Assembly (NCBI RefSeq): GCF_009914755.1
Contig: NC_060942.1
Source: the human T2T-CHM13v2.0 reference genome, Homo sapiens
DNA length: 64,000 nt
Reading direction: 5' to 3' (one strand)
Under the pieces are notes generated by a model. That model saw only the letters and a list, made by a program, of their open reading frames with translations, was not told where the DNA came from and did no database searches. The position numbers and the translations under genes are program-made. Positions 1 through 13,830 of this stretch are shown here, piece by piece (within the stretch, counting starts at the first letter, position 1; every line of letters begins with the position of its first letter).

Positions 1-859
1 TCCAGGTATTTTTCTCTCTTTTTCTCATCACATGAATTATATCAAAGAAGGAAGGACTCCCCATCAAAGAAACAATATCCTTCTAACCAAACAATCGCAG
101 CCCTACAGAATAGATTTCCAGCTCCCACCATGATGCTACAGATTTTGGGATGCTTCCAGGATATATTTGAATCTGCCCATTGTGGTTTGTTTTTCAGAGT
201 CAGGGCCTTCTCTAAAAGTCATTGTTTGGAACTTGGGCTGCAGCTCTTAACTCTCCCTGTCCCCAAGCCTGTGGAAGACAGTACTTTCTGGTTTTGCTCC
301 ATTTTAAACTCAAGATTAAACTCTTAAGCACTTATCTTTGCAGAAGGACCTCCACCTCTGCCTTTTGAAATACTTACTCTCCTAGTTCTTACAGGGAAAA
401 TTTAAATCCCCAAGCTTTCAGTCTCTAGGCTTCTTGAGGATCATCTTGTAGGGGGCACAAATTATTAGTTTTCCACTTTTTCTCCTTCAGGGATGCCATA
501 TTCTAATTGCCGAGGCCTTGAAGTCATTACCTACAGACCCTGCAGCCTGGAAGTACAGACCTTGAAAGACAAGAGTTCTTACTCAGAAACTATTAAAGCT
601 TAAAGTATGAGAATAGAGTGTTATGCAAATGATTTCAAGTGTGCATCTAATCAATTTTTTCTTCCACAAAGCACTTTTCAATTCTCTTGTACAAATTGAA
701 TTTTTCAGCTAAATAATCATTCCACAGACAGGCAGTTATGGTTATTTTCTTCTTTTCTAATAAAGTTTTCCAACTCAGAAAGTATTGTACATACTGCCTG
801 AAGGTATGTATTTCTTTCATTTTTACATTTAGAATAGGAGAACAATCACCCCCCTATTT

Positions 860-2320
860 TTTTTTTCTTCAATTGATGCAACTCAGTAATTTGTATTGCA
901 ACTGGAAGACAATACATCACAGAAACTTTATGGTAGGTCTGGGGAAAAGTGTTATTTACAATAAATGATGAAATAGTTTGTCTTTGGCAATATGATTACA
1001 TACTAAGAATGCAAAATGCAGCTATGGATGCCTTCCAAGCAACACCATCAAATCCCTAGAGTTCGGCTGATCGCGCCTGCCTCCACATTGTTTCTTTAGG
1101 TTCACACGAACATAACAGAACATCACGTTCTTTCTCCTTTATGGTTCTCCCTTTCTATTCATGACATTGGCAGTTTCATACAGAAAATACAGAAAAAAAA
1201 TTGGCTTTTGAAAAATTGTTACTCTCTTAAATTAATTTGGCCGTGTAGGTCTATTGGCCAGCCAAGGTCAGATGACCCTAAGCATCAATAGTAAACCTCT
1301 TGGTCTTCTGATTGCTTTATCACTTTTTTTTTCTGTAAAACAAAACAAAACTCAGAAATGTTACAGAATCAGAGTATTAAAAAATGTACAAGTGTATATG
1401 CTTCCCAGACACAGAAGGATATATTTTTCCTCCACATTTTCACCATGGCAGTATTAAGTAGTGAATGACACAGCATGAAACTGGTTACTGAATCAGCTAT
1501 GAGCTCAGATGGCCTCAATATACATACTCAAGAAATGTTGCATGTTTAAATAACTGAGAGTGTGCTAAATCTCATCTAAAAAAAGTAGGAGAGGGGCTGG
1601 GGAACTCAGGCCACAGTCATGAAAGGATGAATACAATTTCTAGGTTGAATAGATTCACCATATTAAAGTCTTTGAGAATCCAATATGGAATATATCAATT
1701 ATTTTGCAAAAGGTAGAGAAAGCAGTTCTCAACTTTTGCAAATGAAATACAGTGGAAAAACACTGTTGTATATATTCCAAAGAAATAGTCTTGATTTCAA
1801 TTCTAACAAAACAACAGGAAAGGTACTCGTGAGCATCTCACGGTTAAGTCAGAAATGATCGTTCACACAGGTCTGATTTCAGAAGTACAACAGCAAGATG
1901 CCGCACCATAGACACATCGGTTTAGGCTGTTAAAAGATGGATCATTTTAAAAACTGTGTTTTCCTTCCTTAATTTTTGGTCATTGAAGCTAGCACTTGTT
2001 TGCTGAACTGTGGAAGAACTGCAAGGTCACGCACATTATTCATGATAAAGCAACTGAGCTGACAAGTCTGTGCTTAATTCAAGAATAACCAGTAGGAGAG
2101 AGAGAAAACACAAGGAGTTAACCACCATCGCCGGTGCTCTCTCAAAGGAAGAGGGGTTAACAGATGAATTCGCAAAGGTAGGCAGATCTATACAGAACAC
2201 TGAATGCCATGTGTAAATCCTCATGAAACTCCAGAAACAGGAACACCACACAATGTATATACTTTGATTTACACATTCCGTTACAAAAGAAAAAAAGACA
2301 CCATTACAACTTTGTAACTG
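860..2320 (-). pseudogene. 5'-truncated processed retrocopy of an unidentified mRNA 3'UTR (no CDS)
   Basis: Perfect 17-bp TSD CAATCACCCCCCTATTT at 843-859 and 2321-2337. T-run at 857-866 is a minus-strand poly(A), preceded on the minus strand by AATACA (variant or decayed poly(A) signal). Target junction reads TT/AAAT on the minus strand (L1 endonuclease-like). The insert is non-repetitive and 3'UTR-like. Confidence 0.85.
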
Positions 2321-3340
2321 CAATCACCCCCCTATTTAATACCTGTTGGGTATAATCAGCACTATATTTGGTCTGGGGAGTTTGGAAAACGGAAAGGCTA
2401 TTTCAGCTTTCTTAAATGATTTAGGAGTGATGCAGAGTATAAAATCTCAAATTAAAAGTGAAGCTGAGTCATTCCTGGGTCTGGAGATGCCTACTATCAG
2501 ATTGAAGAAATCAAGAGTACTGCAGACCACTGGGACCTGCCTAGGTGGAACTCAGCATGACTCTGGTGCAGCTGGAAAGAAACATTTGGGAACATTCAGA
2601 TTCATAGTTTTTGGGTGTAACTTGGAGGATATTTGAAAGTACTTCAACGGAATTGAACACTCAGGAGGTAGGGGACAGATGTTTACAGGCCAATGTTAGA
2701 TGGAGGGGAAGTAAAAACCAGGGTTAGACTCTCTGGCCAGAACTTGAAATATTTTCCTGGTTATTGGCTTGTCCAGTACTTTCTGTTCAAATGTTCAAGG
2801 GTCAAACTTGATGTGTCCTCATGTCTTTTCCTGACTTTGGACTTATGTGGATGCAGGAGCCTTGTCCTTATTTCTTCTCTTCTGTCCCAGTGGTTGAAAT
2901 CAGGCTTTGTAATTTTAAAAATTGGTTATATCAAAGAGATGGGCCAGCAACTTTTGGTCAAGTAAGTACTCCATTTGACTTTCAAACAACTTCTTTGAAA
3001 CAGATTATCTCAGATCTCTCTTTTAGTGTAGTAAGTATTTTATGAACCAGGATTAATTCGATCAGGGTCAGTTAAAGTTTCATCACTTCTTTGAGGTTGC
3101 TTAATATTTGACTTTGTGTGATCCTACAACATTATTTTTGCTTGAAAAAGGCTTATCTGAGTACTTGAAGCACAGAAGAAAATGAATAGTTTCTTAACAT
3201 GGGCATACACATAAATTATATAGCATAATTACAAAGAAACTTACATACCCAGGTGAGGGTGAACTTTGGTGGAGTAATTGCATATCTGCGATGCTAAAAG
3301 CAATATTTAATCAATATTTAATGAGTAGCTTATTTCTTAA

Positions 3341-3650
<310 letters not shown>

Positions 3651-4299
3651 TTTATTTCTTAAATTCGTAAGGATGATGATTAACATTTTAGGCAGAACAA
3701 GTCTTAATTTTGAGAATATCACAGTTAGAAGCTCTTATTCCTAGGCACTAACATCTAAGCTTAATCAAAACCACTTGTATATTTTTTTCCAAATGCTCCC
3801 TAAGGGGTAGATAAAGTCCCAGTGTGAGAGTGCAGGATTCTGCCTACAGGGTTATGATTGAGCTGGAATGCCAATTTAAATATTCCCACTACAAAGCCCG
3901 TTTTCTTTTTATTATATGGTAATATGATTCTTCTTCCTAGAAGTCTGATAACCAGGTGGCAGATGGAACCAAACTGTCTGAAAATGACAAATGAATGAAT
4001 AGATGAATGAATAAACACAGATAGCCATGAAGTTCAGGTATCAATTTAAAGCTACAAAATTGAAAGGTAGAAAGGGTATTTGTCTATATTCTTTTTATAA
4101 TATGCCATTTTCAATCTATTTTGAATGGCAGAAATTCTTATGAAACAGTTGTATTTATTGCAGAGGTTATAATTTAGAATTAAGAAAAACTGTAGATTTT
4201 ATTTATTTGGTTTATGTATTACTCTTTTGTGAAGGCATTTGTATAGAAATTGTCTGTAATACTACATAGAGAAAATAATAGCATAACACTAAACGTTGT

Positions 4300-4723
4300 T
4301 GTGTTAGGCTGTTCTCACACTGCTGTAAATAAATGCTTGAGACTGGGCAATTTACAAAGAAAAGAGGCTTAAATGGCTCACGGTTTCACAGCCTGTACAG
4401 GAAGCATGATGCTGGCATCTGCTCAGCTTCTGGGGAGGCCTCAGGAAACTTTCAGTCATGGTGGAAGGCAAAGGTGAAGCAGGCAACCTCTTCTATGGCT
4501 GGAGCGGGAGGAAGAGAGAGAGGGAGACAGGTTGCAGACACTTTTAAACAGCCAGATGTCATAAGAAGTCTGTCACGAGAACAGCACCAAAAAGATGGTG
4601 CTAAACTATTCGTGAGAACTCCATCCTTATGATCCAGTCACCTCCCAACAGGCTCCACCTCCAACAATGGGGATTACTATTTGACCTGAGGTTTGAGCAG
4701 GGACACAGATCCAAACCATATCA
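4300..4723 (-). mobile_element. MaLR solo LTR (MST family)
   Basis: TGTGTTAGG...CCAAACCATATCA termini; 5-bp TSD GTTGT/GCTGT. Confidence 0.9.
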
Positions 4724-5611
4724 GCTGTCATGATTTTGCAATATTTGCCAACATTCTGAATTGCTTAATATGAAACCCTTAAAAATTAGATTGTTTATTA
4801 TTTGTCATAATCCCATTGAGTCTAGGATAAACGCAGGATAGTTTCAAAGTACATTATTTATGAATGTATATGTACAGTAAAGCGTTACTATAAACTATAT
4901 GTGTATATACATATCTCCATTTGATAATAGCCATTTTTTGCTATTTAAATATATTGAATTCACAGCTTTGAAAATAGGTCTGTTTACATTTAGAACTAAT
5001 GTAATAGAATTATAGTATTCAATAATATTAAGTAATGGCAAAATAGGGTAGCCTTTGATTAAATGGCAAATCAGGTAAATAAATATGCATTAGAAAAATG
5101 AGAAATGGAGGTAGGGAGGAAGAGAAGAACAGAGAGAGAGACTGACTCCTATAATGAGTTAGAATAGAGGGACTTGTTAATGACAGTGCTAATGATGGTG
5201 TTGATGAAATGTTTAATAACAAGTAATTATTAGTGACAATTATTTTATAGTGCATGTTATTTAGCAAAATTATAAGAGAATTTGTTCTATTCCTGAAATT
5301 AAAAAAAATAAAATTTAGTGTATATTATAACTTGACATAAGATTCATTTAGTTTGCTTTTGTATTGAGCTTTAAAGAAATTTCCCTAAAATATAAAAACT
5401 CTAAATGTTTACTTATTAAGAAAATTATCAGTTCCAAAGGTAGTTTTTCAATGTTTCATTTTAAAAAAGTTAAAAGTACTTTCATTTCTCCTAAAATTTA
5501 ACAACATTGATGGGAAACGAAGCAATAGAGAGAACTGGACCTCCAACATTTAACAGAATGTAAATCATTTGAAGATCATTCAGTGGAATTTTTCTGTAAA
5601 GCCATAATTTC

Positions 5612-5898
5612 TTTCTTTGTTTTTAAAGACAGGATCTCACTCTGTTACCCAGGCTAGAGTTTAGTGGTACAATCACAGCTCACTGCAGCCTTGAGCTCAA
5701 ATAAGTCTCCCTCCTCAGCCTCCCAAGTAGCTGGGACTACAGGTGCACACCACCACACTCAGCAATTTTTTTTTTCTTTTAGAGCCTGGATCTCGCTTTG
5801 TTGCCCCTGCCTGGTTTTGAACTCCTGACCTTAAGCAATCCTCCCACCTTAGCCTCCCAAAGTGCTAGGATCATAGATGTGAGCCACTATGTCCAACC
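5612..5898 (-). mobile_element. AluJ
   Basis: Diverged reverse Alu dimer (CTCACTGCAGCCTTG, AAGCAATCCTCCCACC). Confidence 0.9.
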
Positions 5899-6455
5899 AT
5901 ACTTTCTCTTGAGAAGTGATTCATTATCAGTGATTTTAAAAAAGAGATAGTAATTAGGTATGACCAAAATTTTACTAAAGATTTAGAGTATTCTTTCTCT
6001 CTCTCCCCAACCCCTCCTCTTTCTTTCACTCTCATTCCTTTGTTTTCCTTTCTTTTTTTCTTTTTCTTTTTCCCTTTATTTCTTTGAAAAAGTATTCATC
6101 ATGTGTGTTATACGTAGCAGTTATTGAATGAATGAAAACATGTAAAGGAGAAATAAATGTGGGTCAGAACTAGTAAGTATTTTGTGGAAAATTATCTTGG
6201 GACTCATCAAAGATAATTTAGAAATGGTCATAAAAATCATTTTAAATTCTACTATTTTCTAGTCATTTTATTCTATAAGTTGTTGAAAAACCAAAATCTT
6301 ACAATTGGATTTCATGTGAAATTATCTTATGCTGTTGTCTCTCTTTCAAATGCAAAGTTTATGTGTTCTGTGCATGTTAATGCCAATTTTTCATCATCCC
6401 ACCACGTTAAGAAATTTTCTGTCCCGAATATCTTTGTCATATGTACATATTTTAG

Positions 6456-6611
6456 ACAGCTCTTCTGGCCAAGAATATGGATCATTTGCAGCACAGAGGC
6501 AAGTTGATATATGTAGCATCATGACAGTGAAGCAAATTCCACAAAAACTGCTAATGGACGGAGAAATTTCATGGAGAAAAGCTAGCAGACAGAGCTGGAA
6601 TAAAACAATGG
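6456..6611 (+). other. Candidate spliced exon (156 nt, phase 1-1, one open frame)
   Basis: TTTTAG acceptor ending 6455 and consensus donor TGG|GTAAGT at 6612. Non-repeat, purine-rich body; peptide not recognised. Confidence 0.35.
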
Positions 6612-6889
6612 GTAAGTCTGTAAGTGAAAGTTAACTGTTGGCATTTTATTTTCAGGACAGTTGTTCCAATACAGCCTTGTCAGTAATAAAATAATGTTTC
6701 ATTTTGCTATTCAAATTCTGATTCATCATGAACTGATTCTTTTTTTGCTTTAATCTCAGTAATGAATTTGAACAATATTAATTCAGCATCCTTCAGAGAA
6801 TACTGTGTTTATGTACATTTTGTATTTCTGTCTTACTTTTGACAAGAGAAGTCTATTAAGTACTTTATCGTAGAGATCTTCCTTTTTTT

Positions 6890-7690
6890 GGTGAAATGGC
6901 ACCAGTATCTGCCCAGCTGCCGAAACCTGAAAACAAAGGTCATACTGAATTATTCACTCTCTTTTATTAATACTTCCATTCATCCAATCATCTCTAGGCC
7001 AGGTTACCTACCTCTGAATTCCTCCAGTCCTCATCTTTCCCTTCCCCTGTCACTGTCACTATACCAGGGCAGGTTATCTTTATATCTATATCGATATCAA
7101 TATCAATATCTATATCTTCTATATCTATATTGAGAGAAAGTGCAACAACCCCTTTGTTGACTTGCTAGCAATCAAGTCTTTGATTTGCCAACAAAGTATT
7201 CCTTTCAATGCGCAGATTTAATTCATATAGCATTTTCCTATTCACATTTCTTCCACTGCTTGCTGTCACTGGATAAAATGTAAAGTTTCCTTGCATTGCA
7301 AAGGGGCCTCATGATCTGGCCCTTTTCACTTCAGCATCTGCTTCTTCCTATTCTCTGTCCCATCACCAGCTGAGCAGAACATCTCATGTTTCAGCCTTCC
7401 TCCAAGAAGCTCTCTTACCCACCTCCCCATCCAGGAAACATAAGCTTATCTTTCAAGTCAGGTTATTGTACTCAAGACTCCTCCACACACTTAAAGGCTA
7501 CACTTTCTGTGACCCTAATGTACCCTGGACTTATTCATCTTATGTTATTACTTTTTTATCTCTACATCAGACATGAATTCATTGAAGCAGAAACATCTAT
7601 CATTTCTGTCTTGAGTCCCCAGTTCTCTGCATTGTGAGGATAACATAGTATATGTTCAATAAATATTTGTTGAATAAATGAATGAATCAA
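6890..7690 (+). mobile_element. L2 3' fragment(s)
   Basis: L2-like body ending GTTCAATAAATATTTGTTGAATAAATGAATGAAT. Confidence 0.7.
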
Positions 7691-9289
7691 CTACTCTGTG
7701 ATACATATATATGCATGGATGACTGCAGACAACCTAAGATCTTCATGTTAAAAATTAGCTCATCATTTCTTTTCTTGATTTTCTTGTCTTAGAGTTACGC
7801 ATCCATTCTCTAAAGTGAAAAGACTGTGAGTAACCTGGTTTCTCTCTCTCTCTCCCTCCCTCCTACCTTTAATAAAAAAGAGATCAGAGTCATATGAACT
7901 TAAAATTTACCAAATTTCCCTCAAGTTAATTATATGGCTAATATTTAACTTATATCTTTGTTCCAGGCTCTTTTCATTCCAATTCATTCTCCAAACTACT
8001 GCCAGATTTATCTTTTCTGAGATCCCATCTGCATCTCCTCTATTTGAAAATTTTCACTAATTCTCATTGCCTGTAAGTATGGTAGCCTGAATTGTAAGAC
8101 TCTGCCATATCACCGCAGCATGTCTTTTGTTTACCATTTGACGATAAAACCAATTCTATGTATACCCTATACAATAGTTACACCAAATATTTTGTCTTTC
8201 CCAAAATACGCTATATTCACAGGTATCTTAAGATATTTAAACATGCTCATCACTGCTTGGGTCAGTGAACTCCTATATTTAAGACTCAAAGTTGGATGAA
8301 AGTTGGATGAAAAGAAATGCATCAGACCTTACAAGATCTTACTCTCTACCCTAATACTCCATTTATTTATTTATTTATTTATTCACTGATTTCTCAAACT
8401 TTATTTTTACACTAATTTTAGGTTAGGCCTTATTTTAGGTACCAGAGTGTTAAAAGATTAAAAATAAAAGTTAAATCCTGTTATTAATAATATTCACACA
8501 CTTGAGGTAAAATAAATAGCATAATATAATTTTTTTGAAAAATGTACTAACAATTTGTTTGATTTTTCTTACAAAACTCTCTAATTATATGCTTTATAGA
8601 CTATAACATTACAGTTTTTTAAATTGCCAGAAATATCCTCTTTTGACTCCCTGCCTTCCTTTACTTCTCATCATCAGTCTCTGAGACGTATCTTATTTTC
8701 TCTTCAGTTTCTCGATGATAATTCTCAATCTCCATTAAGATGGAAGTCTTTGAAATGTCCATAAATCTTGTATATTACTGTAGTGTTGGAGAGAACACTG
8801 GAAACGTACTGTTCTCTGAGGTGTTTTTAGTTGTCAGTCATGCTCCTTGAATCCTATTTTTCAGGGACTGCATTTTAATCATGGTTCCCATGCACTGTTA
8901 ACTATTTAGTTGACTATCTCTCCTGTCATTTGTGAATTTCTTGAGGGAAGGAGCTTATCTTGTTCATTTTTAGAATTCCAGCTCTGCACAATGTTGGGTA
9001 CATAATACTCAAACATTTTTTGAAAAAATAAGTGAATGAATGAATGAATGACTATTGCCATTTCACTCTTGACTTAGGAGATAGACCCCAAATATTTGTT
9101 GACAGGCAGTAGCATTGGTTGCTGACAGAGAATGTTCTTTTCTCTATTTGCTTTTTTCTCTATTTGCTTCACTAATAGTTCAGAGACACTCCAAAAATCC
9201 TTTTGGGGATGTAAATGCTACATTTTTATTCTTTGATATTAATGGCATAGATACTCTCTTCAGCAAACACCTCTGAAGGAATTCTTTAG

Positions 9290-10290
<1,001 letters not shown>

Positions 10291-10344
10291 GATTTACAAT
10301 CTTCTTTCTAAAATGCTGTATTTATTTTTATTTTTGATAGTAGT

Positions 10345-10436
10345 CATAATCACATCTAGTAAGAAATTAGTGTGTGGCAGGCTCTGTGCTAGGTCCATTA
10401 AATGCGTTGTCTCATTTAATCCTCATTATCCCCATC
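10345..10436 (-). mobile_element. MIR fragment
   Basis: GTGCTAGG...TCTCATTTAATCCTCA MIR motif. Confidence 0.65.
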
Positions 10437-10846
10437 TTTTTTATTGATACATACTAGATGTTCATAGTTTGGGAGTACATGTGATAACTTAATAACTTTG
10501 GATAATTTGTAAAGATCAAATCAGTGTACTTGGGCTATCTGTCACCTTAAACAGTTGTCTTTTGTTTATGCTAGGACAATTTGAATGCTTCTTTTCTAGC
10601 TATTTTGAAATATACGATAGAGTGTTGTAAACTATAGTCACCCTAGTTGTCTGTCTAATACTAGCTCTTATTTCTTCTATCAAAAAGTATATTTGTACCC
10701 ATTAATCAGCCTCTCATCCCACCTCCCTAGTACCCTTCCAGGCTCTGGTAATCACTGATCTACTCTCTATCTTCATGAGATTCACTTTTTTTTTTAGCTC
10801 CCACATGTGAGTGAGAATGTGATATTTGACTTTCTGTGCTTGGCTT
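10437..10846 (-). mobile_element. L1MA 3' end
   Basis: Reverse L1MA 3'UTR motifs (GTACATGTGATA, TTAGCTCCCACATGTGAGTGAGAA). Confidence 0.8.
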
Positions 10847-11432
10847 GACAGTGTGGTGATTCCTCAAGGATCTAGAACTAGAAATACCATTTGACCCAGC
10901 CATCCCATTATTGGGTATATATACCCAAAGGATTATAAATCATTCTACTATAAAGACACATGCACACGTATGTTTGTTGCTGCACTATTCACAATAGCAA
11001 AGAGTTGGAACCAACTCAAATGTCCATCAATGATAGACTGGATTAAGAAAATGTGGCACATATACATCATGGAATACTATGCAGCCATAAAAAAGGATGA
11101 GTTCATGTCCTTTGTAGGGACATAGATGAAGCTGGAAACCATCATTCTGAGCAAACTATCGCAAGGACAGAAAACCAAACACCGCATGTTCTCACTTATA
11201 GGTGGGAATTGAACAATGAGAACACTTGGACACAGGGTGGGGAACTTCACACACCAGGGCCTGTCATGGGGTGGTGGGAGCGGGGAGGGATAGCATTAGG
11301 AGAAATACCTAATATAAATGATGAGTTAATGGGTACAGCACACCAACATGGCACATGTATACATATGTAACAAAGCTGCATGTTGTGCACATGTACCCTA
11401 GAACTGAAAGTATAAAAAAAAAAAAAAAAAAA
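10847..11432 (+). mobile_element. L1PA 3' end (ORF2 C-terminus, 3'UTR, poly(A))
   Basis: Close match to primate L1 3' end (GGATCTAGAACTAGAAATACC...GTACCCTAGAACT) plus A-tail; no TSD visible. Confidence 0.95.
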
Positions 11433-12361
11433 CAATTACTCCAGTTCCCTCCTAACACAAAAACAAAAACAAAAACAAAAACAAAAACCATGCACCTTGA
11501 TCCAATTACTTTTAGTCACTTTCTACTGAAACATTTGAGTAGATTTTGGTTTCCTAAAAATTATTTTACAGTATCCAAGGGGAAGTATCTCTTCTTCATC
11601 ATAGCACAGGGCCCTAAGTTGTTGTTTTTTTCAGCATGTGACTATCTTTAGAAAGCCCTCAATTCTCATGGAAACCATTCATAATACAAGGATACTCATG
11701 GGCCCAGACAAATTAGTATAGAAAAGTGCCTTACCCTTCACTACAGAACAAGTTAGGAAGGTCAACTGTGGGCAGATGTGCAGGGTCTTGAATTAATGCT
11801 TCAGAAGCATAACTAAAATTTTACTTTTCTTTCCTGTATCATCCAAACCAGTGATATAACCCTTCTGAGACTCATGATAGACAAAACAGTTCTCGTGTAC
11901 CAGATTGCTTTGTATGGGACCATATGTCTAAATCCTTAACCAAAAGTCTGAGATTTAAGAAAAACATAATCCCCAGACACAGTTATTAGGTATTCCAAAT
12001 CCTGTTAGGCTGTGAGTTTAACTGCTTATGCAAAGTGGATTTGGTCCCTCATACACTGTAGCATTGACATTGGAGAAAAAGAGGCACAACCAGGAGGTGG
12101 AACAATAATGTGTTAATTTAATGTTCCACCAAGTTGTTGAGGGGTCAGTGATCTGAATAAACAATGAAGCAAGTTTATAAAATTAACTATGGTACTCCAA
12201 AGAACAGATATTTTAAGTGTTTTGTTCAGTTTATTTTTCACAAATGTTATTAAATTTTTATTTTAGTGCATGCATATGTTACGTATCAGAGCTCATAGTT
12301 GAACAAAGGAGGGAATAAATTAGCAATTTGGGGAATGTTGAAAATTAGAATGTTGGGTCTT

Positions 12362-12829
12362 GGCTGGGCGCGGTGGCTCTCTTATGAACTTGAATACAGG
12401 TTCATAAAAGTAAAAGGGAAAACTGTGCCTGGGAGAGGCACCAGAGAAGAGAGGAGTCTGATAGTCTGGAGATGAAGTTCTCTGAGAACTCCCACTGCAA
12501 TTAGGTAAGAATCCACTCTCATGACCATGGTTTCTCAAACTGCTCAAAGTGCTGGTGCAATCCCAGCACTTTGGGAGGCAGAGTCGGGCAGATTACTTGA
12601 GGTCAAAAGTTCGAGACCAGGCTGGCCAACATGGTGAAACCCTGTCTCTACTAAAAATACAGAAATTAACTGGGTGTGGTGATGCGCACCTGTAATCCCA
12701 GCTACTGGGGAAGCTGAGGCAGGAGAATCGCTTGAACCTGGAGGTGGAGGTTGCAGTGAGCCGAGATTGTGCCACTGCACTCCAGCCTGGGGTGACAGAG
12801 CGAGACTCTGTCTTTAAAAAAAAAAAAAA
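12362..12829 (+). mobile_element. AluS interrupted by a ~180-bp insertion
   Basis: GGCTGGGCGCGGTGGCTC at 12362-12379; Alu resumes AATCCCAGCAC at 12559; A-tail; TSD GTTGGGTCT at 12352-12360 and 12830-12838. Confidence 0.95.
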
Positions 12830-13068
12830 GTTGGGTCTACAGAACGTCATTAAACTCAGTTTGCAAAGTAGAGCCCAGGATATAAAGAGAAAAATTAAGA
12901 TAGGAGAGCACAACTTGAATACAGGTTCATAAAATTACAAGGGAAAACTGTGCTGGGAGAGGCAACAGAGAAGAGAGGAGTCTGAGAGTCCGGAGATGAA
13001 GTTCTCTGAGAACTCCCACTGCAATTAGGTAAGAATCCACTCTCATGACCATGGTTTCTCAAACTGCT
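12387..13068 (+). repeat. Dispersed direct repeat, 158 bp (12387-12544 vs 12912-13068)
   Basis: Direct alignment shows 5 substitutions and 1 indel. Confidence 0.97.
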
Positions 13069-13407
13069 AGGTGCTGCCCCCTCTCTGGAATCTTGTACTT
13101 TCTAGTTCACCATTCCCAGCTATATCAGCAGCTATTTTTTTTCTTATTTGACACCTCCCTCAGCTTTTCATCCTTGCTGTCCCATTTTTTTCCTTGGGGG
13201 TGGGGAATGCTCTCCCTGAATCCTCACATGAATGGCTCCTTCTTGCCACTTTTATCTTCCTTCAAATATTACTTGTTCCAACCCATGTTCCATGACCACC
13301 TGCCTAAGGTGGGCACCCACACTCCCATCCCTCTTGCCATCTTCTCTCATCTACCTGTTCTATTACCTTATAGCACCTACTGGTTTCGAAATTATTCTTA
13401 CTCATTA

Positions 13408-13830
<423 letters not shown>

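Noticed and set aside
470-610. Strong acceptor TTTTTCTCCTTCAG at 490 with short downstream ORFs
   Set aside because: No recognisable peptide and no convincing paired donor; kept only as supporting context for a possible + strand transcript.
2036-2323. 95-aa minus-strand ORF at the 5' end of the retrocopy
   Set aside because: Non-ATG start overlapping the TSD and no recognisable protein; consistent with a chance ORF in UTR sequence.
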